From Candidatus Marinacidobacterales bacterium (lineage in GTDB: Bacteria; Acidobacteriota; Vicinamibacteria; Marinacidobacterales; SMYC01), in contig CBDCYI010000009.1 in the NCBI GenBank assembly GCA_965224085.1, positions 96,001 to 160,000 on the forward strand: a stretch of DNA of 64,000 nt, read 5' to 3'. A program made the position numbers and the translations under genes. Position 1 is the stretch's first letter. Each line of letters begins with the position of its first letter. This document shows, in pieces, positions 9,664 through 19,824 of this stretch. The notes below the pieces were generated by a model. It was not told the origin of the DNA, ran no database searches, and was given only the letters and a program-made list of their open reading frames with translations.

Positions 9664-10230
9664 TCACAGCTCCCTTGGCTGCACGGAGTCGTAGCGTGTG
9701 GTCGGCGCGGGGACTTCGCGGGAAACGACCACGTCCACCAGGGCCGGCTTCCCCGACGCTTCGGCCCAGCGGAGGGCGGGCTCGAGCTCGTCGGGATCCG
9801 CCACGCGCTCCCCGTGCGCACCGAATGCACGGGCGACTGCGGCGAAGTCGGTGTCGAGAAAGTCACTCGCTTCCGGACAGAGCTCTTTGTGAATGAACTT
9901 CTGAATGTGATACTCTAAGGCGAGCGAGGCGTTGTTCATGACGACGGTGACGACGGGAAGCTTCCACCGGAGCGCCGTCTCCAGGTCGGCGAGGTGATGG
10001 CCGAATCCACCGTCACCGGTCAGACAGAGCACGCGCCGCTTGTCTCCCGCGGCGAGCTTCGCACCCATGGCACCCGGAAAAGCCCAACCGAGGGAGCCGG
10101 CGGCGCGCAGACTGAATCGACCCGCCCGTTTCTGTTCGATCAGAGTGGACGCCCAGCTCGCCATGTAGCCGGTGTCGGCGACTACGACATCGTCCTCGCG
10201 CACGTGATCGTCGAGCGTCTGCATCACGCT
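9664..10230 (-). pseudogene. C-terminal part of a thiamine-pyrophosphate-binding (acetolactate synthase-like) protein
   Basis: VVADTG, GSLGWAFPGAMGA, TGDGG...VMNN TPP motif; N-terminus replaced by an unrelated signal-peptide-like segment (10230-10332). Confidence 0.8.
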
Positions 10231-10754
10231 GCGGGCCTCCTGACCTGCGGCAAGCGAGGGGCCAGCCATAATTGCCAGTGTGCACGTCAATGTGGCCAGT
10301 CTCCTCGTCCCATGCAAACCTTCAGAGCACATGATTTCCTCCTTGCTGGGAGACACACCCATGGATCATCGCGGCGCCAGCGAACCTCCTCACCGCCACT
10401 CTCTGGTGGAAGTCACACAAGTGATGTTTTGAGGTTGGATGCTGACAACAATGGTGGATTCTCGGGCACGGCGTTCAACCAACTCCGTGTCGATTGTAAT
10501 CCAGATTGTTCTGATTGTGAAACGAAGACGATCTCCTTGATCTCCTTTCGCGTCGGTGAGAGGGTCACACTCTGACCGCTCGCGACGACGTCCCATCCTC
10601 GCTCCGGTCAACCGCCGTGGAGATCGGACACCCGCAACTGAGCTATAGGCGGCGCTCCTCGCCGCATGCAAGGCTTGCGAGCCGAACAACGTCAGCATAA
10701 TCGACGGAGGAAAAGATGATCGCCAGATCTCGGCTTTCAGGATTCGCCATCCTA

Positions 10755-11152
10755 CGGCGAGATGGTCCAGTGGGACACGCCGATTCCACCGGCGGAGGCG
10801 TACGAGATCCTGGCCAAGATATCGACCTTCGAGGAGGCGGCCTCCTACAAGGTCGGCGAAAGCTACATGGGCAAAGACGTCTGGGCCATGGATTTGATGC
10901 CGCCGATTCAGGCCTCCCACTGGTCCCAAGCCAAGGCAACGGCGCTCAAGCCCACGGTGATCTACTCGGCTCGTCAGGACGCCAACGAGGTCTCCTCTAC
11001 CAGCCACGTGCTAAAGCTGGCGGAGCTTCTGTTGACGGATCCCGGGTACCGGGAAAAGCTGAACAAGGTAAACGTCGTCGTTCAGCCCATCACCAACGCC
11101 GATGGCGCCCAGCTCGCCTACGATCTGTACAAGATCACGCCCAACTTCATGC
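10755..11152 (+). pseudogene. Internal fragment of an M14-family zinc carboxypeptidase-like protein
   Basis: GESYMGKDVWAMD...ARQDANEVSST...VQPITNADG. Confidence 0.7.
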
Positions 11153-11518
11153 GGTATTGTCAAGTTGGCGGATCGGGCCCCAATATAATGGAGTTCGAGC
11201 GTACACCGTCAACTACATCTTGCGGTCGGATTCGCCTGGGAGCTCTCAACTTGACAATACCCCCTCCGGGGAGGAAAGACCGGAGTCTATCGCACGAACG
11301 CTTATGGCAATCCATCGTACAACGTGGCTCCGGACGGAAAGAGGTTCCTCATGATTCTTCCCGGGCGCGAATCGAGCGCGCGCCTCGAAGTCGCGCCCGG
11401 CTGGCTCGAGGAGCTGGAACGACGGGTGCCGACGCATCACTAGACAGACTAGACTGGCCGTGCCGCATCGCCCGGTCGAGCGCGGTGTCGTCGAGCCTGT
11501 CCGCAAAAGGGGGAAACA

Positions 11519-12568
11519 ATGAGTCGGGGAGTGTTGCTGAGCTGCTTGCTGGCGCTGGCGGAATTCGCCGTGGCGCAGCAAGCCGATCGTCCCGCGGCGG
11601 ACCACGTGCTCAAGCCCTCACCGCAGACGGTGGTGTGGGGATATTTCGATCCCACCTCCGCCCCGGTCCTTCGCATCCAATCCGGCGAGACAGTGGAAAT
11701 CGAGACGCTGAGCACCTCGAGCCCCGAACGACTCGAGCGCGAGGGTGTTCCTCCCGAGCACATCAAGCAATCGCTGCGGGATATCCATCGCGAGGTGACC
11801 GATCGGGGCACGCCCCTCCGGCGAGGCGGGCACATTCTCACCGGACCGATCTACGTCGAGGGCATCGAGCCCGGCGACGTCCTCGAGGTCCGGATTCTAA
11901 GGGTTCAGCTCGCCAGCCCGTTCGCTCGCAACGGTTTCTCGCCCGGGCGCGGGGTCCTGCCCGAGGACTTCCCCTATGCGCGCGGCAAGATCGTCCCCCT
12001 CGACGAAGAGAAAATGGTCGCGCGATTCGCTCCGGGCATCGAGATCCCCTTGCGTCCCTTCTTCGGCAACCTGGGCGTGGCCCCGCCGCACGGACGAATC
12101 CACGCCTCTCCACCCTGGTTTCATGGAGGAAACATGGACCTCAAGGAGCTGGTCGCGGGCACGAAGCTGTTTCTACCGGTGCACGTACCAGGGGCATTGT
12201 TTCAGGTAAGCGACGGCCACGCTGCCCAGGGGAATGGAGAGGTCGATGTGTCGGCGCTCGAAACCTCTCTCGTTGGCGTCTTCCAGTTCGTGACTCGCAA
12301 GGACATGCGTCTGCGCTGGCCACGGGCCGAGACGCCGACGCATTTCATCACCTTGGGGCTCGACGTGGACCTCGACGAAGCGGCGAAGCTGGCGGTGCGA
12401 GAGATGATTGACTTCCTGGTGAGCGAAAAGCACCTCACCCGCGACGACGCCTACATGCTCTCGAGCGTCGCCGTCGATGTTTCCATCACCCAGCTCGTCG
12501 ATGGAACGAAGGGTGTGCACGCCATGATTCCCAAAGCTATCTTCGTTGACGCTGCCGAGGACCGTTGA
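11519..12568 (+). CDS. Acetamidase/formamidase family protein (signal peptide)
   Basis: HILTGPIYVEGIEPGD, PFFG, GGNMD, DGHAAQGNGEV, DAYMLSS. Confidence 0.9.
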   Translation: MSRGVLLSCLLALAEFAVAQQADRPAADHVLKPSPQTVVWGYFDPTSAPVLRIQSGETVEIETLSTSSPERLEREGVPPEHIKQSLRDIHREVTDRGTPLRRGGHILTGPIYVEGIEPGDVLEVRILRVQLASPFARNGFSPGRGVLPEDFPYARGKIVPLDEEKMVARFAPGIEIPLRPFFGNLGVAPPHGRIHASPPWFHGGNMDLKELVAGTKLFLPVHVPGALFQVSDGHAAQGNGEVDVSALETSLVGVFQFVTRKDMRLRWPRAETPTHFITLGLDVDLDEAAKLAVREMIDFLVSEKHLTRDDAYMLSSVAVDVSITQLVDGTKGVHAMIPKAIFVDAAEDR

Positions 12569-12584
12569 ACGCGGGGCCCTAAGC

Positions 12585-14267
12585 CTAAGCCACCCACTTC
12601 GACACCGGCGCCTGCGCTTCCTGGAGTTGCTGGACGACAACATCCACGAGGGCGGGCCCCTCTCCGATCAGAGCCTCGCTCAGAGCTTCGTGAAGCTCCG
12701 AGGGGCTTTCCACCCGGCGTCCCCGAATCCCGTATGCTTTCGCGATGCGGGCGTGGTCGGAATCGGAGAAGTCGACGTTGTAGTACTTTCCACCGTGAGC
12801 CTTCTGACCGGCCTTGATCCATCCGTAATTCGCGTTGTTGAGAACGATGAGGGTTACCGGGAGATCGAGCCGCGCCAGCGTCTCCAGCTCGCCCACCGAG
12901 AGGCCGAAGCTACCGTCTCCCATGACACCGACGATACGCCCGGCATCGGGCCGCGCAAAATAGGCGCCGCAGACCGCGGGCAGAGCGTACCCCAAGGCGC
13001 CGTGGGCCCGCGGGGTCACGAACCAACGTCCCGCCTTGGGCAGCTGGTAGTAGGCGGAGAAATACGGGCAAGGTGTTCCGGGATCGGCACAGACCACGGC
13101 GTTGTCTGGCAATAGCGGCAGCAGCTCGGACAGAAACCGTTCGGGGCGGATGGGCTCTTCGTCGGAGGAGAAAGCGTCGATCCGAGACAAGCAAGCCTCC
13201 CTCCGCTTTCCGATGTCCTCCGTATCGACTTTTTCCGCCGAACGACCGGAAAAACGCTCGTCCAGCTCCTGGCCCAGTGCCGCGAGCCCCAGCTTGGCGT
13301 CGGCGACGATCCCAACCGCGGTATCGTAGTTGGAGCCGATGCGATCCGGCTCGACGTCCATTTGAATGAGCGTTTTCTCGCCGTTTGCCGGAAGGGTCCA
13401 TTTCTCCGTGGTAACGGATCCCTGGCGGCAGCCAACGTAGAGGATGACGTCGGACTCCCGCAGGATCTCGTGTCGGTACGGTAACCCCCCATTGCTACCA
13501 ATCACGCCCAGCGACAGCGGATCGGTCTCTGCAATGCTTCCTTTCCCGCTTACCGAAGTCGCCACCGGTGCGCCCAGGAGCCGCGACAGTGAGGTGAGCT
13601 CGTCCCAGGCAGCGGAGCGCAGCACGCCGGCACCGGCAACCACCAGCGGACGACGTGATCGGGCGAGAAGATCGGCAGCCTCCCTGATCACCTTGGGCTC
13701 CGGAGCGGATCGGTGCGCCGGATAGGAGTTGAAACGCGAATCGATGTACACGTCCTCGGGATCGACGTCTCCCGTCTGGACGTCGAAAGGGAGTCCCACG
13801 TGCGCCGCCCCGAGCTCGGAAGTTGTGGCGGTGCGAAAGGCGCGTCGCAGCGCTCGTGGGAGCTCACTCGCATGACCGGGAACGGCGGTGAACCTGGTCA
13901 CCGGCGCGAACAGGGCCCGTTGGTCTAGCTCGGTGAGCGCACCCCGACCGACATCGCCGGTACTGATATCGCTGGTGAGGCACACCAGGGGCACCGAGGA
14001 GCCGTTCGCCTCCGCCACGCCCGGCAAGATATAGGTCGCGCCCCCGCCGCTGGGGCCTTCGCAAACGCCGACCTTCCCGCTCAAGCGTGAATAGGCATCC
14101 GCCATGTAGGAGGCGGAGCGCTCATCTCGCGTCACCACGTGCCGTATCCCGTGATCGAGATCGTAGAGAGCCTCGTAGAGCGGCAGGGTGGTGTCTCCGC
14201 ACAGACCGAAAACCACGTCCACGCCGAGGCCTTGCAACATTCTGACCACACATTCGCTACCGCGCAT
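12585..14267 (-). CDS. Thiamine pyrophosphate-binding protein (acetolactate synthase large-subunit-like)
   Basis: DERSASYMADAY, GPSGGG, GDGSF...LNN TPP motif; full length 560 aa. Confidence 0.9.
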   Translation of the reverse strand: MRGSECVVRMLQGLGVDVVFGLCGDTTLPLYEALYDLDHGIRHVVTRDERSASYMADAYSRLSGKVGVCEGPSGGGATYILPGVAEANGSSVPLVCLTSDISTGDVGRGALTELDQRALFAPVTRFTAVPGHASELPRALRRAFRTATTSELGAAHVGLPFDVQTGDVDPEDVYIDSRFNSYPAHRSAPEPKVIREAADLLARSRRPLVVAGAGVLRSAAWDELTSLSRLLGAPVATSVSGKGSIAETDPLSLGVIGSNGGLPYRHEILRESDVILYVGCRQGSVTTEKWTLPANGEKTLIQMDVEPDRIGSNYDTAVGIVADAKLGLAALGQELDERFSGRSAEKVDTEDIGKRREACLSRIDAFSSDEEPIRPERFLSELLPLLPDNAVVCADPGTPCPYFSAYYQLPKAGRWFVTPRAHGALGYALPAVCGAYFARPDAGRIVGVMGDGSFGLSVGELETLARLDLPVTLIVLNNANYGWIKAGQKAHGGKYYNVDFSDSDHARIAKAYGIRGRRVESPSELHEALSEALIGEGPALVDVVVQQLQEAQAPVSKWVA

Positions 14268-14336
14268 GATCTGACCGCTCCTTCGCTCCCTTGACGGAAG
14301 CGGAACGTTCTGCTGGAAAAAAACGGCGTGGGCCCC

Positions 14337-14780
14337 TCACTTCCACGAATCCACCTCAAACCGATCGGCCGCCCTCTCGTCAAAGGCGACACCCGTCCCG
14401 GGCTCTTGCGACACTGCCAGAGTGCCGTCTTTCGCCTCGATGGGGTCCACGAGCACCTCGCCGAGGTTCAGCACGCTGAGGTCGGGAAAGTACTCCACCA
14501 TGACCGCGCTGGGAAGAGAGGCCACGATCGACGCGTGGAGGTGATGCATCCAGTGGGGATAAAGGGGAACGTTTCTCCCCGCCGCCATTCCGGCGACCTT
14601 GCGAAACTCGGTGATGCCTCCCAGTACGGTCGCATCCGGCTGAAGCATGTCGGCCGAGCCCTGTTCGAGCAGCTCAGCGAAGCCCCAACGGGTAGCCTCG
14701 ATCTCGCCGGTGGCAATGGGAACGCTCACCTTTCCCCGGATGGCGGCGTGGCCGCGGATGTCGTCCGGCATGAGGGGCTC
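14337..14780 (-). pseudogene. C-terminal fragment of a mandelate racemase/muconate lactonizing (enolase superfamily) enzyme
   Basis: EPL.PDD..GH, PIATGE, QPDATVLGGITE, PH, PG.GV.FD. Confidence 0.8.
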
Positions 14781-14781
14781 C

Positions 14782-14966
14782 CGACGCCGCCTTCGCCTCC
14801 CGGACGAAGCGTTGTTTTCTCTCGGGCTCATGGCTTCGGGCCGAAGCAGTTTGATCGCCACGGTGCGCTCGAGGCGGGTGTCGAGGGCACGGTACAGAAT
14901 GCCCATGCCCCCCTCGCCGAGCTTTTCGAGAATCTTGTAATGGGAAAGGATGGCGCCTTCCAATGC
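14782..14966 (-). pseudogene. N-terminal fragment of a Ser/Thr protein kinase
   Basis: HYKILEKLGEGGMG..YRALDTRLERTVAIKLL, then (shifted frame) RFVREAKAAS. Confidence 0.85.
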
Positions 14967-15119
14967 TGACCTCCGATCGTTCACGCGGAGAGAGTGTGGA
15001 AGTATAAACGCCCTTGGTGAGGATGGCGAGCGAGATTTCGCGAGGGCACAAGAGCGCGGAGTCGAGATCTACCGGGACGGCACTCCAATCCCCTTTGCAA
15101 TGGACCTATTCTAAACGCT

Positions 15120-15195
15120 TTGTGCCGCTCCACGAACATGTAATACGGAACGGCGCCGAGCTTGACTTGTTCGGTCCACTTCCGCGCCCAGCAGC
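15120..15195 (-). pseudogene. Tiny fragment of a KamA/lysine 2,3-aminomutase-like radical SAM protein
   Basis: WTEQVKLGAVPYYMFVER motif. Confidence 0.55.
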
Positions 15196-15617
15196 GTGAG
15201 CTCGGGCTTGGCACCGAGATGCGCCGCCGTAACGCCACGAAGTTGATCGAGGGCGGCTGCATCGTGACCCTCGGTACCGATAATTTCGCAGGCTCAGCGC
15301 CTGAGTTCGCTCGGACACCGAAGCGCATATCGTCGGAGCCGGGCATCGGAACCATCATTGCCATCGAGGGTTTGGTCGAGCTTGGCATGACCCCCTCCGA
15401 GGCGATCGTTGCAGCGACGAAGAACGGCGCTATGGCCTGCAAGGCTCTCGATGAGTTCGGCACCGTGGAGGCGGGCAAGATCGCCGACCTGCTGGTCCTG
15501 GATGCCGATCCCCTTGCCAGCATCTCCAACGTCCGCAAGCTCGGCACTGTGATGCGGGAAGGCCAGATCATCGACCGCCACAAGCTGCCAACGAAACCGA
15601 TTTTCTACAAGCGCTAG
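15190..15617 (+). pseudogene. C-terminal fragment of an amidohydrolase
   Basis: LGTD, GMTPSEAIVAATKNGA, GTVEAGKIADLLVLDADPL. Confidence 0.8.
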
Positions 15618-15796
15618 GCGAATCTGGATCGTCGATCCTGGCGTCCTTGTCCAGGGAAAACAGGAGGGATCAGTGATGAGGAATCGAGTCTCTCTTCAGC
15701 CCCCAAACGGCACTGCCCGGAGCGCTCTTCGCTGCCTGGTGCGTCCTTGACCGCCGCGGGTTCGAGCGCCTACCGCCGCCGGAAGAGCTAGTACGG

Positions 15797-17310
15797 TCAG
15801 TCTCGATGTCGGACCACGCTGGCCGTCGTAGGCGCTGGATGTGCGCTGGGCTTTGCCGCATCCAGGATGAATTCCTTCACGTCTCCGGTGAATCTCGACA
15901 GCTCGAACTGAGGTGTATAGACCATGTGGCCGGCTTGGTAGTAGCGACGAACGATGTTTTTCCGCAACTCAGGTTTCAGGAGCAGTTGATCGAGCGCATA
16001 GTCTATGGTCGTAAAGGGACAGGCATAATCGTAGTATCCCGCAGCGACGAGGACCTTCATATTCCTGTTGTTCTTCATTGCTTCACTCAGGTTGGGCACG
16101 ACCGAGAACGGAGAAGGTCTTCCGCCCCATGCCCATGGGCGGACATTACCGCTGACGACATACGGTTTGATCGTATCGTACCCGAGAACGGTCCTGACGT
16201 AGTGGTTCAACAGTGGCGATAGAGTCCTCGTCAAATCATAAGCTCCGGCTTCGAATCGAGCATCCGAGCGGTGCAGACTCAAGCCTTCATCGCGCAAAAG
16301 TTCTGCTCTGAATTCCGCGGAAGTGATTCGAAGATTCTTCTCCATGATGAAATCTTCGGACAATCCCGTGTAGCGGGCCATCTGGCCGGCGATCTCTTTC
16401 TTTTTGGAATCATCGAGCTTGTCGCCCTTGATGAGCGCCACCATATAATCTTCGCTAGCCCATGTCGTCACTTCCGTGACCAGTTTGTCGAAATCCGCCT
16501 GCAAGTCGCCATCCAGCTTCTTGTGGTACCAGGCAGTCGTGGCGTAAGTCGGAAAATACTGTGAGAGGTACATAGGATTGTGCTTGCTCGTTCCCAGACT
16601 CTGCCAATCGTAAGCCGGCGAGATCAAGATGAGACCGTTTACATTCAATTTGATCCGACGATTGTTCTGTAACTCTTCCGCAAGCAGGGCACCGCGAACG
16701 CCACCATAACTCTCACCGGCCACGAAAATCGGCGACAGCCAGCGAGCGTTCTCGGTGATGTACATGCGAATGAAATCGCCAACGGACTCGGCATCCGCTG
16801 CAGCACCCCAGAATTGCTTGGTGTCCGCTCCTGGATGAGGAAAACTGAACCCTGTGCCTATGGGATCGATGAACACCAGATCGGTGAAGCTAAGCCATGT
16901 ATCCACATTGTCCACCATACGGGGTGGCGGTGCGGGAGTATTGCCGTCCTCGAGAAGCACGGCCTTTCGGGGCCCAATGGTCAACATATGGAGGTAGATC
17001 GAGGAGCTTCCCGGTCCGCCGTTGAAGCAGAAAGTCAAGGGACGAGAAACGGAATCCTCATCCTGCTTTGTGTATGCGGTGTAGAAAAAGTAGCCAATGG
17101 GCTTGCTATCTGCATCCGTTTGAATCATATAGCCTACGGTGGCGCTGTAGTTTATGGATTCTCCATCCACTGTAATGGTGTGCTCTGTCACCGATGGCGC
17201 TCTCAATTCAACGGGCTTGTCAGAGGTCTCTTCCTCTGCCTTCTGCTGAGCGAAGAGATAGCTGCTCTGCCAGCAAATCAGGCAAGTCAGAATACCTGTT
17301 AGCAAAGCAA
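15797..17310 (-). CDS. S10-family serine carboxypeptidase (native start codon apparently lost at a junction)
   Basis: FNGGPGSSS, FIDPIGTGFS, GESYGG, GYYD, AGHMVY; the signal-like segment is fused directly to an unrelated upstream fragment. Confidence 0.85.
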
Positions 17311-17311
17311 A

Positions 17312-17583
17312 GGCCCCCGATGAGGTTCGTGAAGTAGTGATACTTCGCGGCGGCGACCGCGGGCGGGTCCTTGTCGATGCCAAGCTTCACCAGTCCGTCG
17401 GGATAGCGCTCGTCCTGGTGGTTCCGTGAGGACGTCGTGCCACACGCGATGGAGCGCTGCCTCGCCTTTCTCGCGGAAGGTCATCGCGGTGAGCCCCGAG
17501 AACGTCCGGCCCCATAGGCGGGTGGCGGTTCCGCATCTCCGCTTCAACGCTTCCAGTTCGGCGCCGGTCTCGGGGGTCTTCAT
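17312..17583 (-). pseudogene. 5' fragment of a hypothetical protein translationally coupled to the CoA ligase
   Basis: ATGA overlap with the ligase stop; MKTPETG...VWHDVL / HQDERY..GLVKLGID.DPPAVAAAKYHYFTN with a frameshift. Confidence 0.55.
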
Positions 17584-19247
17584 GGGATCTCCTCCTTGTC
17601 TTCGCGTTGTGCGGGCGCGTTCGGCCGCCAGCCTCCCTTCACCCGATCGTAGGTGCCCGATCGGAGATCGGGCTTCGCCGCGATCAAGTCGGATTTCCTG
17701 ATCTTGAGGCTCGGGGTGCGGGGGAACTCGTCGACGAGCTCGAGGTAGCGCGGGATCTTGAACGGCGCGAGGTTGGCGCTGCAGTGCGCGAGAACGCGCT
17801 CGATGAGGGAATCGTCGCCACTCGAGTCCGGACTGAGCTTGAGGTACGCCTTGACCTCCTCTCCCCGGATCTCGTCGGGCACCGGCAGCACCGCCGCCTC
17901 GAGCACCTCGGGCACGCCGCGCAGTACGGACTCGACTTCGATGGCCGAGACGTTCTCGCCGCTGCGACGGACCATGTCCTTCATGCGACCCAGATACCAG
18001 AACCAGCCGTCCTCGTTGCGGTAGGCGAGATCGCCGGTGCGGAACCAGCCGCCCGGATGAAACGCGTCCGCGCTGGCCTCCGGAGTGCGAAAATAGCCCT
18101 CCAGGATTCCGGCGCCCCGGATGCAGAGCTCGCCGGTCGTGCCGTGGGGCACCGGCGAGCCGTCGGCGTCCGCCACCATCTCCTCGCGGAAGGCGACCGG
18201 GATGCCCACCGTCGCCGTGCCCGTCATCTCCTCGGCCTCCATCGGAACGTACAGCGCGCAGCCCAGCTCGGTCATCGAGAAACCCTGCCGGGCGAGCCCC
18301 CCGTAGCGCCGCTCGTACATCCGATAGTTCTCGGGGCGGTGGCTGTAGCACGACATGACGATGAGATCGTCCAGCCGATCCGCGCGCTCCGGCTGACGCG
18401 ACACCACCTCGGGAAAGTTACAGTACTGGATACGATAGCTCCGCAGCCAGTCGAGGAAACGGCTCGAGTGCATCTTGCGCGCCACGAAGGCGGTGGCGCC
18501 CTGCCAGCAACTCATGAGCGTGAGCCATTGCGCGTCAACGTAGTAGAAGGGCTGGGCAATCAGGATGCGGCGCAACCGATCCTGGAACTGCGCAGCGCCC
18601 GTGCGGCCGAACGTGAGCCAGTACCGGTGGGTCTGCATCGCACCCTTCGGCATGCCGCTCGTGCCGGAGGTGTATTGGATGTTCATGAGAGCATCGAGGG
18701 CGGGCGGCGCCGGCGCCTGGAAATCGGCCGGGGCGGCATCGACCAGGCTCTCCCAGTGGAGCGGGTAGCCGGCCAGCAGGCCTCCGGCGACGATCACGTG
18801 ATCGCGCGGCACGCTCGAGCCGCCCTCGATGGCCTCGAGCACCGGGATCAGATCGTCGGCGATGACGACGTGCGACGCATCGGAGTCGCCGAGCGTGTAA
18901 TCGAGCTCGCGCGGGGTGTAGCTGTCGTTGATGGGCACGGTGACCGCGCCGAGGGAGGCGAGCGCGAGCCAGGTCAGGGGATAGTGGCGGCCGGTGTGGA
19001 CCATCAGCCCCACACGACTCCCGGGGCCGATGCCGGTCGTGGTGAGGCCGGCAGCCGTCCTTCGCACCAGCCGCGACACCTCGCCGTAAGTGAGCTCCTC
19101 GGCGTCGTCGAAGAACACGAGGAACGCTCGCCGCGGATGCGACTGGGCGCGCACCTCGAGCAGGGCGGCGACATTAGCCGGCAGCGGCGCCGCCTCGATC
19201 GCGCGCATCAGGCGCTCGGAGTGCCACTCGGGATTCGGTCTCGACAT
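17580..19247 (-). CDS. AMP-dependent acyl-CoA ligase (CaiC-like)
   Basis: YTSGTSGMPKG, SMTE, GWFRTGD, GRMKDMVRRSGENVS, PRTPSLKI. Confidence 0.9.
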   Translation of the reverse strand: MSRPNPEWHSERLMRAIEAAPLPANVAALLEVRAQSHPRRAFLVFFDDAEELTYGEVSRLVRRTAAGLTTTGIGPGSRVGLMVHTGRHYPLTWLALASLGAVTVPINDSYTPRELDYTLGDSDASHVVIADDLIPVLEAIEGGSSVPRDHVIVAGGLLAGYPLHWESLVDAAPADFQAPAPPALDALMNIQYTSGTSGMPKGAMQTHRYWLTFGRTGAAQFQDRLRRILIAQPFYYVDAQWLTLMSCWQGATAFVARKMHSSRFLDWLRSYRIQYCNFPEVVSRQPERADRLDDLIVMSCYSHRPENYRMYERRYGGLARQGFSMTELGCALYVPMEAEEMTGTATVGIPVAFREEMVADADGSPVPHGTTGELCIRGAGILEGYFRTPEASADAFHPGGWFRTGDLAYRNEDGWFWYLGRMKDMVRRSGENVSAIEVESVLRGVPEVLEAAVLPVPDEIRGEEVKAYLKLSPDSSGDDSLIERVLAHCSANLAPFKIPRYLELVDEFPRTPSLKIRKSDLIAAKPDLRSGTYDRVKGGWRPNAPAQREDKEEIP

Positions 19248-19494
19248 CCTCCCCCAGTCGGCCGCCATTATACCGGGGTCGACTTGACAAGAACGGCTCC
19301 CGGTCGCGACTCGCTTACTTGTGGTGGTGTCCCGCTAAATCGATTTGTTCCGCAACGCCTTATGCTACTCAATGCTTCTAGGCGCTACCTTCGGGCAGGG
19401 GCTCGGGCTCGGGCACGGTGTGGAGCAGAATCCTGGTTTTCGAGACAGAAGTTAGCGAGACCCTATAACGAGTTAGCGCACCTTGCCGACGAGC

Positions 19495-19645
19495 TCATCG
19501 GTCGAGAACCACGTCGATACGTTCCAAGACTTCTTTCAATAGACGACCGGGTATCCTACTCACTTGCTCGGTGAAGAGAGCGCGATCGACCACGATGATT
19601 TTCGAAACGTTCGCTACGGAATCTTTCGGAAGACCTGATGCACGC
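19495..19645 (-). pseudogene. C-terminal fragment of a PemK/MazF toxin
   Basis: Manual translation: ASGLPKDSVANVSKIIVVDRALFTEQVSRIPGRLLKEVLERIDVVLDR*. Confidence 0.7.
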
Positions 19646-19661
19646 GGTCCGGACCGGAGTC

Positions 19662-19691
19662 TTGACGCTTCACCCAGATAACGGATAGATT
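19662..19691 (+). promoter_or_regulatory. Putative sigma70 promoter upstream of the kinase fragment
   Basis: TTGACG-N18-TAGATT, followed by GAGG and ATG at 19714. Confidence 0.45.
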
Positions 19692-19713
19692 AGCTCCACG
19701 TTAGAGGTGGCCA

Positions 19714-19783
19714 ATGGCCCTCGGTTCCGGTACTCGGCTTGGTTCCTACGAAATCCTCTCGTCTCTCGGGTCTGGAGGGATGG
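19714..19783 (+). pseudogene. Ser/Thr kinase 5' end interrupted by IS110
   Basis: MALGSGTRLGSYEILSSLGSGGM, cut within the GGMGEV motif by the IS110 right end. Confidence 0.8.
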
Positions 19784-19824
19784 ACTCCCCACGCCGGATC
19801 AAGAGAAAACGTTCTTCGTAATAG

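Noticed and set aside
10363-10750. Lower-GC intergenic stretch as riboswitch or ncRNA
   Set aside because: No recognisable conserved motif or convincing stem pattern by eye; an Rfam scan would be needed
11157-11189. TTGTCA...TATAAT promoter
   Set aside because: Spacing of 21 nt is too long and the site spans a fragment junction
10762-12411. 549-aa ORF as a single protein
   Set aside because: M14 fragment reading through a junction into an Arg/Pro-rich alternative frame of the acetamidase gene
14337-14984. Kinase-enolase fusion protein
   Set aside because: Only kinase subdomains I-II (frameshifted) joined to a partial barrel; a junction product rather than a functional fusion
17607-19574. 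655-aa plus-strand ORF (and similar 28419-30422, 47980-49380, 52183-53655)
   Set aside because: Antisense shadows of well-supported genes
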